Shown one piece after another: positions 37,501 to 45,779 of a stretch of 64,000 nt of DNA (positions are counted from its first letter, which is position 1; each line of letters starts with the position of its first letter). The notes beneath the pieces were generated by a model. That model did no database searches. It saw only the letters and a list, made by a program, of their open reading frames with translations, and was not told where the DNA came from. The translations under genes and the position numbers were made by a program. Origin of the DNA: a virus (lineage: Duplodnaviria > Caudoviricetes). The stretch lies in the IMG/VR virus record IMGVR_UViG_3300029705_000009. One strand, written 5' to 3'.

Positions 37501-39343
37501 ACAGAAAGACATCTATGATAATGCTTTGTCTGCTATTCAAGATTTATTGGATGACGAGATTGAAAAGATTGATGATTCCATAGAAGCCATAGAGAAAAAG
37601 AACGAAGCTCTTGAAAAACAGAAAGAAAATTATGACAAGGTAATTTCTGCAGCTACAACTTTCTTAAACGAAGAAAAAAATAAGCTACAGGATAACATTG
37701 ACCTAATCGAGGATGAGAACGACCTTATTGATAAGCAGATTGAAAAATACGATCAGATGCTGAACGCAGTTACTCTCATCTTTAATGAAGAGCGCGAAGC
37801 TATTGAGGCACAGCAAGAAGCTATTGATGAGCGTATTGAAGCTTTGCAAGAAGAAAATGACGAGCATCAGAAAGCTATTGAACTTGAAAAAGCAAAATTT
37901 GCTCTGGAGCAAGCACAACAGCAGCGTAATAAGAAACTTTATGTTGGAGATCGCGGATACATTTATGATGTAGATAGAGATGCTATAAGGGATTCCAAGG
38001 AACAATTAGCAGATTTGGAATTTAATGCAACAATAGACGCTCTTGAAAAAGAAAGAGAACTCTTGGATGATATTCTTGGTCAATTAGATGAAGCCGAAAA
38101 ATCTTGGTCTAAGATTAGCAGCGCTTTTGATGATCAGAAGAGTCTGTCAGCGGCAGAGGAACTGTTTGGTGAGGATTATAAAGACATCATCTTAGGAGCC
38201 GATCCTGAAACTATTGCAAGTATTATGAATCAGTACACTTCTGCTCAACAGAAGTTAGAGGATAATGCCGGTACAATAGAATCCATCGAAAAACAGATGG
38301 AGAAGTTTGATGAACTGATTGAAAAGTGGGAATCTGTGGCAAATGCTAAGGAAGAGGAAATCAACAAAGAAATTGCTGCAGAAACACTTGGGGCAAATTG
38401 GCAACAGATTATTTTAGAGGGACGAACTGAAGAGTTTGAAAACTTTAAGAATAATTATCTTTCTGTTCAGGAACAAATTCTGAGTAACGAGGCTGAAATT
38501 GCTTCGTTAGAAGAAAAGAAGCTTATATACGAAGATCTCAAGAATCAATGGGCAGATATTACCTCTGTATACGAGGAAGAAAAGAATAAGCTTTATGCTG
38601 CTCAGTTGTTGGGCGCAGATTGGGAAAAGACCGTTCTTGATGGCAGGCTTGGAGAGTTAAACAAATTCAAAGACGAGTATATAGCTATTCAGAAAGCCAT
38701 TGAACAAGCAACGTATGACGCTGCAAAGGCGAATTATGATGGTTCTAGTCTTGGTGGTGGTTCTGGTAGTGGTTCTGGTAGTGGTTCTGGTAGCGGTTCC
38801 GTAACTGGCGATGGAGATGTCAAATATGAAGAAGTAACTAAATACAAAGTTGTAGATGACGCTGGATCCGCAATAGCAACTTGTAACACTTTGGCTGAAG
38901 CAGAGAAAAGAAAGAGAACTCTTGAACAAGCCACTCACGAACAGCATAGTATTGTTTCTTTTGTTACAAAGGAACCTAAAAAATACGCAAAAGGTGGTAA
39001 AAACCTCAAGAGGCAAATTGCATGGACTAATGAGTATGATGACGAAGCAATTCTCTCTCCTTCTAGAAATGCAATCCTCACTCCTATCAAAGCCGGTGAT
39101 TCTGTACTTAATCCTGAGATGACAAAGAATCTTTGGAAATGGGCTGAGATTAATCCTAATATGTTCAATCCTTTAGTTAGATCTATGGATTATAACAATA
39201 TTCCCATCAGAAATGATGTTCAACCTATAACTATTAGCATTGGAGATATTCAGCTTTATGGTGTTCAAGATGTTAATACTCTTGGAAACCAGATTGTTAA
39301 GAGACTTCCTAATGTTATGTTACAGGCAATAAATAAACGATAA
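34544..39343 (+). CDS. Tape measure protein, exon 2 (1,599 aa)
   Basis: No RBS before the TTG at 34541; in frame with exon 1 after splicing; TM-like segment; coiled coil; C-terminal YAKGG...AWTNE...EAIL..GD.VL motif typical of TMP ends. Confidence 0.85.
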   Translation: MFKSLINDIARYDSIIAKIIVSGNEIDKIINLTNGLSEAESISVMTKAGLNEKTIEHVQAMKLDSSAKAKDIIATNAQTNAQISNMGVVSVLKFKYQELAASIGLTTAGMTTLLGVAVGLAGMAFVMYKTSDAIKDVKEKAKELGEAFNSDKSDIEDYKSQIEDLYKTINDSNSSIEDITTARQTLMTVQDELIDKFGAEKGTIDLITKAIGGQSDALDTLIEKQWLATKNEFNKSGFWNNFANWQEGYDNNIDRMVDEMENGWANLDLSMSDYRSGKYDDMIKKLEESGWSYSSSSETFIKGGLVENLYEELLDIQSIAGEDMPDNFLKSLTDDANKLKDTLDDYDGIWDNYILNDKIFADNRKFNGKTLADSWKEVNDAYTNYQEAVKSGDANAIEETTAGFAQSINTVLDNKNVDDSVKDYFRDMYPALYREVEKWEFEVQLKSRIITDEESYSQIETAKENLESEYQKIQDWGLGEYEEQIKNGTVQSVFGNVDMDKRTIIEWSDELKQTYQDELASWDYNPEVGGIDTVWGGSDRFGEDLNGVGWQVAFTPILPDGTFLSKDAVYDYIDNILIEAYADDGQVTEEELKSIDAQGRQVGDTFIQGIFAGVDDSQNYANNGNWAETVGRLMHFSGDYGAVKIAQQSLISLFEKAFGVVKLDSILGKTKEDIIAILQTDGYQTGEGPFKYIVDQAVSLGVINEANAEGINTVLDLLVKWGILQDTITEKASDTAVVFDDIFALEGSDGELNNLGKLNEQVDKLQTAWTGLKEMMDNYNKTGTITVDQFQELLSYGDEYLQYLTDENGNLKLNEDALKRVAAAKIENMKADILQKMLSNLENITNEATARDFLADKVNNETLAIAENTEALKGNIAAKLAELAATEGITAATMTSIENYVNNTMSVLDKLGDSISIGSFYGKDAEKDIKDSIDSYMSYMEASLDASKIDYQTYSREVAAFLKDMFDKGKISAEDYHNYTKQMLEKQKDIYDNALSAIQDLLDDEIEKIDDSIEAIEKKNEALEKQKENYDKVISAATTFLNEEKNKLQDNIDLIEDENDLIDKQIEKYDQMLNAVTLIFNEEREAIEAQQEAIDERIEALQEENDEHQKAIELEKAKFALEQAQQQRNKKLYVGDRGYIYDVDRDAIRDSKEQLADLEFNATIDALEKERELLDDILGQLDEAEKSWSKISSAFDDQKSLSAAEELFGEDYKDIILGADPETIASIMNQYTSAQQKLEDNAGTIESIEKQMEKFDELIEKWESVANAKEEEINKEIAAETLGANWQQIILEGRTEEFENFKNNYLSVQEQILSNEAEIASLEEKKLIYEDLKNQWADITSVYEEEKNKLYAAQLLGADWEKTVLDGRLGELNKFKDEYIAIQKAIEQATYDAAKANYDGSSLGGGSGSGSGSGSGSGSVTGDGDVKYEEVTKYKVVDDAGSAIATCNTLAEAEKRKRTLEQATHEQHSIVSFVTKEPKKYAKGGKNLKRQIAWTNEYDDEAILSPSRNAILTPIKAGDSVLNPEMTKNLWKWAEINPNMFNPLVRSMDYNNIPIRNDVQPITISIGDIQLYGVQDVNTLGNQIVKRLPNVMLQAINKR
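34586..34614 (-). promoter_or_regulatory. Consensus sigma-A promoter embedded in TMP exon 2, driving the zinc-ribbon gene
   Basis: Minus strand TTGCCA-N17-TATAAT with extended TG; overlapped by inverted repeat AGATACGA(34574-81)/TCGTATCT(34602-09). Confidence 0.7.
38759..38794 (+). repeat. 12-bp tandem repeat (GGTTCTGGTAGY)x3 encoding a Gly-Ser linker
   Basis: Direct inspection. Confidence 0.8.
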
Positions 39344-39352
39344 TTTTTAATT

Positions 39353-39388
39353 ATAGACCAGATGGTGAATAACCGTCTGGTCTATTTT
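39353..39388 (+). terminator. Terminator after TMP
   Basis: 14-bp stem ATAGACCAGATGGT/ACCGTCTGGTCTAT followed by TTT. Confidence 0.7.
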
Positions 39389-39401
39389 AATGGAGGGTAA
39401 A

Positions 39402-39656
39402 ATGGATTTTATAAATACCATTGTAAATGAGGTTGTGAAAGCAATAGAAAAGAAAAACACAAAACTCTATTACGACAAAACCTTTCCTTCTGTTGTGTAT
39501 GGAGTAAATGAAGATGGTACTTATACCATCATTAAAGACAAACAAAAATATGAAGTTAAATGTGCTATTGGTACTACTCTCTCACTCGGAACACATGTAT
39601 GGGTAAAGATTCCATGTGGTAGATTGCATGATATGCACATATGTGGACTTAGATAA
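39402..39656 (+). CDS. Small OB-fold-like baseplate-region protein
   Basis: YDKTF.SVV....DGTY.I.....Y.V.....L..G..VWV.IP.G; GGAGGG RBS. Confidence 0.5.
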   Translation: MDFINTIVNEVVKAIEKKNTKLYYDKTFPSVVYGVNEDGTYTIIKDKQKYEVKCAIGTTLSLGTHVWVKIPCGRLHDMHICGLR

Positions 39657-39698
39657 ATATATCATAGATTGATTAAAAACTAATGAAAGCGAGGTGTC

Positions 39699-40724
39699 GT
39701 GATGACTTTAAACACACCCTTATTATATTCTGTCAGTGCTTTTGATCCTTCCTATGAGTACACTTTTGAATTTGAATATTCCGGAGCACAGGTGGTTTCA
39801 AATAGAGCTATAATTACAGATAATGATACACAGACAGAAGTGTATAATGTAATGCAAGAGGGTCTTAAATTAAATCATATATTACCATCAAATACTTTAG
39901 AAGCTGGTCATTCATATTTAATACAGATTCAGGTATATGATAGAGATGGTAATTATAGTGATTTATCAAGTGCGGTACTCTTCTATTGTTTTTCCACGCC
40001 TCGGTTTTATTTCTCAAATGTGAACTCTGGAGATGTTGTTTCTTTTGCGGATTTGGAGCTTAGGCTATCATATGAGCAAGCAGAAACAGAAACTCTTAAT
40101 GAATATAAATACTATCTGTATGATGTAACTGGAGAAGCTATTTATACTTCTAATTCATTTTATACAGAGAGTGATATGATCCATACAATTTATGGATTAA
40201 AAAATGATTATGTATACTATATACGCGCAATTGGTAAGACTGCCCACGGTATGAATATTGATACTGGTATGATTGAAATAACGACTAATTATATCAGTAT
40301 TGCTTCTAATGTTGCTTTTAAAGCGGAGAATGATAGTTCTACCGGTTGTGTAAAATTAAAAATAGATATCGTTGCGATAGATTTTGAATTAGCAAATGAA
40401 AATTACTCTATTAAAAATGGCATAGTAGATTTAAAAGACAATATATTAACATACAATATTGATGTTGAAAATGATTTTTATATGGTGTTAAAGGCACAAC
40501 AATTGCCTATAGGTGATTGTTGTTGGACAACAGATAAAAATATTGTACTGTCCATAGAAAATATTTCTGACAAGTATTATGCTCATTTGGCAATTACTGG
40601 TACAGGTACTGGATATAATATTTTTAAAGCTATTAATGAGAATTATTTATCAAATGATGCAATCATAGTATTCCAAATTTATAGAAAAAATAACATTTAT
40701 GATTTAGAAATTACTTATGAATAA
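39699..40724 (+). CDS. Baseplate/distal-tail protein with FN3-like beta domains
   Basis: L..GHSYLIQIQVYD and GL.N...YYIRA patterns; post-TMP position. Confidence 0.5.
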   Translation: MMTLNTPLLYSVSAFDPSYEYTFEFEYSGAQVVSNRAIITDNDTQTEVYNVMQEGLKLNHILPSNTLEAGHSYLIQIQVYDRDGNYSDLSSAVLFYCFSTPRFYFSNVNSGDVVSFADLELRLSYEQAETETLNEYKYYLYDVTGEAIYTSNSFYTESDMIHTIYGLKNDYVYYIRAIGKTAHGMNIDTGMIEITTNYISIASNVAFKAENDSSTGCVKLKIDIVAIDFELANENYSIKNGIVDLKDNILTYNIDVENDFYMVLKAQQLPIGDCCWTTDKNIVLSIENISDKYYAHLAITGTGTGYNIFKAINENYLSNDAIIVFQIYRKNNIYDLEITYE

Positions 40725-40735
40725 GGAGGCACAGT

Positions 40736-41635
40736 ATGTTTGTAGGAACGACTTTTTTCTGTGGGAAGCATACATTATTGCCTCCTGCAATTAATGTGAC
40801 AAATATTAAGTCTTTATCTATTACAGATGGAAAATATGACAAATTATATTTAACTTCTGATACATCTGAGACATTGGATGATATTGATAGTGGATGGACA
40901 TATGGTACTAAACTAGACGCAAACTTTGAAAAAGATTTGGAAGGTGGTAGTATTGGGTTTTCAGTTAGAAATACTGATACGATTATTATTCAAACAAGAG
41001 AAAAGGGAGCGTTTGATTGGAAAACAATTTATACCATTGATATTAAGAAAAATAGTGATCTCAATTTTATCAAGAATTATCCATATTCAAGAAACCTATC
41101 AACGAATGAATATAAGCTTATTAGTATGATTAACGGTATTGAAAATTCGTATGTAACCACGGAAGAGAAAACCGAATTTGAGGGATATTTTATTGTAGAT
41201 AAAGAAAATATCTATGGTACCATATTCAACATCGAACTAACAGATACCATTCAAAATATTAGTGTTGCTACTCTTCCACTGTTAAATGACAGGTTCCCAA
41301 GTGTATATACAAATGCAGACACTAACTACACTTCTGGTACAACAAGTGGATGTTGGCTTAAATTCGATTTTGAGAAGAATGAAGCTGATGTAGAAGCTGG
41401 CGTTATGTATCGCCAGGAAGTGATGCAGTGGATTTGCAATGGAAAATCTAAAATACTTAAGCTTGAGGATGGACGTATTTATCTGATCAAGGTGGTTGGA
41501 CAACCTAGTGACACTAATGAAGGTCATAAGGATCTGAGACGTATTACATTTGATTGGGTAGAAATTGGCGATGTTAATGATGTAAAAACTCTGTATATGA
41601 ATAACCTTACAGATGTAAATAGCAAATATTGGTAA
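40736..41635 (+). CDS. Distal tail (Dit-like) protein
   Basis: W...GK.KILK..DGR.YLI...I.FDWVEIG motif. Confidence 0.55.
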   Translation: MFVGTTFFCGKHTLLPPAINVTNIKSLSITDGKYDKLYLTSDTSETLDDIDSGWTYGTKLDANFEKDLEGGSIGFSVRNTDTIIIQTREKGAFDWKTIYTIDIKKNSDLNFIKNYPYSRNLSTNEYKLISMINGIENSYVTTEEKTEFEGYFIVDKENIYGTIFNIELTDTIQNISVATLPLLNDRFPSVYTNADTNYTSGTTSGCWLKFDFEKNEADVEAGVMYRQEVMQWICNGKSKILKLEDGRIYLIKVVGQPSDTNEGHKDLRRITFDWVEIGDVNDVKTLYMNNLTDVNSKYW

Positions 41636-41647
41636 GGTGGTGAGTAT

Positions 41648-43246
41648 ATGCAGTATGTAATTACAGAAACGGATAAAATTTTAATTCTACAGCGTGATAT
41701 CAAAAGAAAAATTCGTATTACCATCTTGTCACAAGATAAAAAGATTTTAGGTGTTTTAACTGGAATTCCACAGATTGGAGATTTCTCAGTTGATGCTGAA
41801 TCAAATATAAGAAGAACAACATCTTTGGATATTAAATTGGATGATTTCTATAATGATATTGAGACAAAAATAGAGTCCTATTTAAATCTGGATTTTCTTC
41901 TAGAGGTGGGAATTTATAACGAACGTGAATCTGATTATCAGTATTATCGTATGGGTGTATTATGTATTACTACTGCCAACACCTCATATGATGCTGTAAC
42001 TAATATATTGTCTATCAATCTGTCTGATGGTTTTGCAAAGTTTGACAATACAAGAAATGGACAGGTTGGCGGTGCTCCTATTATTACCATTCCGGTTGAT
42101 TATGATGGCGAAAAACTCACATTGAAGAATGCCATGATAAATGTTATAAAAGCAGAAACAACAATTAAGGACTATATCATTGATGATGTTGGTGAATATT
42201 ATGGTATGCCACAGAATAATGAAAATTATTTGGAGTACCGTGAAAAGAACCCTTTGTGGAATGTAATACCTTATGATCTGGAGTTCGCTGCTGGAAATAC
42301 AGTTGAAGATATATTAGTTGAGGTAAGAGATTTATATCCAAATTGCCAGTTGTATTTTGACATATATAACAACTTGTGTTTTGATATGATTCCGTCCAAT
42401 AACAAGGCTCCTATCATGCTAAGTAATGATTATTTACAGAGTATTTTATTGGCAGACAGTTCTGAAGATGTTCAGTATGATATCAGTGCTATTAAAAATG
42501 TAGTTGAGGTTTTTGGTAAAGTATATGATGTTGATCGGTTTTGTGAGACCTCTGATTTTTCTGAAAATGCTTATACTTTAACTATGGATAATTTTGAGTC
42601 TTATGTGTCTTATGAAATGATAGCATTTACTGCTTCTGTTTCAAACGACTCTCCTGCTTATATTAATATAAACAGTATTGGAAATATACCGTTGTATAAG
42701 GAATATACTGATGAATTTATAAGCTCTGGCACGATTGCAAAAGATGATATGGTTGTTGTAAAGGTAATGAAAAACAAAGATGGAAATTATATAGCTTATT
42801 ACTTAGGACAATATCAGCCACACGCTTTGTGTGTGCTTACAGATGATGTAAATGACACGTATTATACAAAAGCTTTTTTTGCAGAAAGGTATAATTGTTT
42901 AGAAAAAAATATAGCCTTTGTAGAAGTTAAGAATAGTCCATTTTCTATTCAGAGATTGGGAATCATATTAGATAGCAAAACCGGGGACGAGTACGAAAAC
43001 ATCCTTTCAGATAGCGTTGCTTTAGACAATGCAAAATATATTATATACAAATCATCTGTATGGAGCGATGTAGTCACATTGAACACAAAAATGCTCCCAT
43101 GGTTGGATGTAAACATAAAAGTAGAATATAAAAAACAACAAGAAAATGATACATATATTTATATGGTAAAGAATATTTCTCATAATTTTGAGAGCGGATC
43201 TTCTACTATCACAATGTATCGATTTTCTTCATTATATCAGGAGTAG
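41648..43246 (+). CDS. Baseplate hub / tail tip protein (DUF5048-like)
   Basis: SVDAES.IRRT..L; IKNVVEV.G; PWLDVN.KV.Y...Y.V..IS. Confidence 0.6.
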   Translation: MQYVITETDKILILQRDIKRKIRITILSQDKKILGVLTGIPQIGDFSVDAESNIRRTTSLDIKLDDFYNDIETKIESYLNLDFLLEVGIYNERESDYQYYRMGVLCITTANTSYDAVTNILSINLSDGFAKFDNTRNGQVGGAPIITIPVDYDGEKLTLKNAMINVIKAETTIKDYIIDDVGEYYGMPQNNENYLEYREKNPLWNVIPYDLEFAAGNTVEDILVEVRDLYPNCQLYFDIYNNLCFDMIPSNNKAPIMLSNDYLQSILLADSSEDVQYDISAIKNVVEVFGKVYDVDRFCETSDFSENAYTLTMDNFESYVSYEMIAFTASVSNDSPAYININSIGNIPLYKEYTDEFISSGTIAKDDMVVVKVMKNKDGNYIAYYLGQYQPHALCVLTDDVNDTYYTKAFFAERYNCLEKNIAFVEVKNSPFSIQRLGIILDSKTGDEYENILSDSVALDNAKYIIYKSSVWSDVVTLNTKMLPWLDVNIKVEYKKQQENDTYIYMVKNISHNFESGSSTITMYRFSSLYQE

Positions 43247-43296
43247 GCACTTGCAAATGATTAGTGTCTACTCTTTTAAAATACAGGAGGAAAACT

Positions 43297-43644
43297 ATGG
43301 CTAATTATTCAAAAGTGTTTGGAAGTCAATTTCCTGAAACTGTAATGGAGCTTACTGAATATAAAGACATTGGTGATGCTCCTGCAGCAATTCAGTCATT
43401 GGCACGTCAGTACTATACATATATGGAAAACGGCAATTATTCAATTGCTTCTACTATATTAAAAGAAAACTGGAATGATTTGGCACAGTATTATTTTAGC
43501 ATGGATATGTTGAATAAATTGGAGGAAGAACTTTACAATGCACAAATTCACGCGTTAAAAAATAATGCCGTAATCATAGATACGAAAGAACCCGATGCAT
43601 CAATGTATACACATGCTACTCCGTGGTTAAAACCAATAGATTAA
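43297..43644 (+). CDS. Hypothetical tail-tip protein
   Basis: ATG after AGGAGG; SQFP..V; ends with W..P.D. Confidence 0.5.
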   Translation: MANYSKVFGSQFPETVMELTEYKDIGDAPAAIQSLARQYYTYMENGNYSIASTILKENWNDLAQYYFSMDMLNKLEEELYNAQIHALKNNAVIIDTKEPDASMYTHATPWLKPID

Positions 43645-43656
43645 AGAGGTGATAAA

Positions 43657-43974
43657 ATGAGTGAATTAAACATTAATTTTGAACCTCATGGTGATATTGC
43701 AATATCAAACGAAGAAACGGTGGCATTACACACCGACAATATAAAAAATAATTTATACACAGAAGCAAAGACTGTAGTTGAAAATGATATTAACATGAAT
43801 GGAAAGGGGCTTAGAGCTTCTTTTTTTAATGCCATAAATCATAAGATCCAGGAACTACAGATATATTTGCTTAACAAAACAGCCGCACCTTACGAATATT
43901 ATTCTCTTACCGAACCCACAATTGAATTTATGGAGGAGAATGGTTATAAGTTTTGGATTCGGCCTATTGAGTAA
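43657..43974 (+). CDS. Hypothetical tail-tip protein (paralog-like of previous ORF)
   Basis: Shares FN.....Q.....EP....W..PI(D/E) ending. Confidence 0.5.
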   Translation: MSELNINFEPHGDIAISNEETVALHTDNIKNNLYTEAKTVVENDINMNGKGLRASFFNAINHKIQELQIYLLNKTAAPYEYYSLTEPTIEFMEENGYKFWIRPIE

Positions 43975-43986
43975 AGGAGGGTATTA

Positions 43987-44208
43987 ATGGCAATCTTATC
44001 AACTTTTAAAAGTTTTGAAAAATACATTCCGGTTGGTGGAAATTGGCAGTTAGTATCTGAGCGCACAAATGCAAAAGATATTATTTTTAAAGATAATAAA
44101 AATTTAGAGACAAAATTGAATGGACTATCTTTTGTTGTCTTAACTCAGTCAGAATATGATTCGTTAAGAACAAAAGATTCTTCTACTCTATATATCACTT
44201 ACGATTAA
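43987..44208 (+). CDS. Small upper-tail-fibre-motif protein
   Basis: VVLTQSEYDSL..KDSSTLY motif. Confidence 0.55.
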   Translation: MAILSTFKSFEKYIPVGGNWQLVSERTNAKDIIFKDNKNLETKLNGLSFVVLTQSEYDSLRTKDSSTLYITYD

Positions 44209-44222
44209 TGAGGTGATTAAGA

Positions 44223-45695
44223 ATGTTACAAACACACAATAAAAAATCAAAAGTCTTTTTAGGAAATATAAAAGTTAAAAAGGCTTATATAGGTTCCAGA
44301 AGAGTTTATTCTGCTGGAAATATAGCAACATATTATGTTGACACGGGAAAAGTTTATAGCGAAGAAGTAGACAGCGATGCTTCATGCTTATCTCCAACTA
44401 CTTTTACACCAACTAAATCTGGATGGACATTTGTAGGATGGCGCGAAGATAAAACTGCTAATAGTTCTGTACTATCTAAAAAGATTATGGATGATGAGTC
44501 AGTCACTTTATATGCAGTATTTAAGCAGAATGTTTCTGTGAACTGGTATAGTTCTTCTGCCACTGCGTTTGAAACGAAACAGAGATATTACAATAACGGA
44601 AATATCGCTAATCCTTCGTTTTCCAGAACAATTTCAGCTATTAGTGGTTGGAATATAATTGGTTGGAGTACAAATGCAACAACGGATGACACCTATGATT
44701 ATAGAAGTGGTGGAACATTTACTCGTGATAGTAGTGTTAATTTGTATGCTAAGTATAATCGAGCTATTACTGTTACATATTATGATAATAGCGCATCGGC
44801 AAAATATGTTTATGGTACAAGATATTATACTCCACATAATGGCAATTATAATGATCCTTCATTTGAAATGTGGCAGAGTATATTCGATGGATGGGAAGCA
44901 TTAGGATGGGCTACAGAGTCTACCGCTGCTGATAATCCTATCGTATATAATAATGGCGAAATTATAAAGCCATCAGAAAACTTAACGCTATATGGCAGGT
45001 ATAGACAGAGTGTTACTCTTACATGTGTGGCAAATGGTTCAAGTGTACAGCATAATCAATATAAACATTATAATGCTCCTGATAAATATGACAGTGCGTT
45101 GTTTACTGTGCCCAATCCATCAAAGAGTGGGGCTACATTCCTCGGATGGAGTGTTACTGCTGGTAATAGTACTGTGACTTATAATACATTTAGCAATGTT
45201 GAAGTAAATAGTAACAAGACTTTATATGCAGTTTATACATACAACGATGTGACACTTAAATCTTCCTCTGAGGTTGTATATCAGCATCAGTCATTTGAAG
45301 ATGCCACATTATCACATACTATTCTGAGTGGTATTGATGGTACGAAGTATTCTTCACTGAGTGTTACAGTAAGAGCTTGGGAACTTGTATGTGCACAATG
45401 GGCTGCTGCTTGTCACGCATATACAAATTTGAAAGTGATGTCAGGTTCTACGGAAGTTTCCGCAAAGTGTTTAAGATATGTATGCACTTGGCTTATATAT
45501 ACACCTGAAGGACAGGAAGCAGAACAAGATGAACAAAGTGGTTATCCTTGTACAAATGGTGCAACAGCTACTGTAACTTTGGGTCTGAATAATACTACGG
45601 GGCAGAGTTTGAAGTTAATGTACGAAACTGACGTATTTGAAGCTAGTACATCAGTATATGCAATAACTGCAAAAGGACGTACAGTTGTAGGTTAA
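44223..45695 (+). CDS. InlB B-repeat (Listeria-Bacteroides repeat) adhesin-like protein
   Basis: Four PTKSGWTFVGW...VTLYAVF-type repeats. Confidence 0.75.
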   Translation: MLQTHNKKSKVFLGNIKVKKAYIGSRRVYSAGNIATYYVDTGKVYSEEVDSDASCLSPTTFTPTKSGWTFVGWREDKTANSSVLSKKIMDDESVTLYAVFKQNVSVNWYSSSATAFETKQRYYNNGNIANPSFSRTISAISGWNIIGWSTNATTDDTYDYRSGGTFTRDSSVNLYAKYNRAITVTYYDNSASAKYVYGTRYYTPHNGNYNDPSFEMWQSIFDGWEALGWATESTAADNPIVYNNGEIIKPSENLTLYGRYRQSVTLTCVANGSSVQHNQYKHYNAPDKYDSALFTVPNPSKSGATFLGWSVTAGNSTVTYNTFSNVEVNSNKTLYAVYTYNDVTLKSSSEVVYQHQSFEDATLSHTILSGIDGTKYSSLSVTVRAWELVCAQWAAACHAYTNLKVMSGSTEVSAKCLRYVCTWLIYTPEGQEAEQDEQSGYPCTNGATATVTLGLNNTTGQSLKLMYETDVFEASTSVYAITAKGRTVVG

Positions 45696-45779
45696 AACAA
45701 AATATACATTTTATAGAGCCAGATACTTAGCTACTGGCTCTTATTATTTTAAAAATACAAAGGAAGGAGAAAATCAAAA

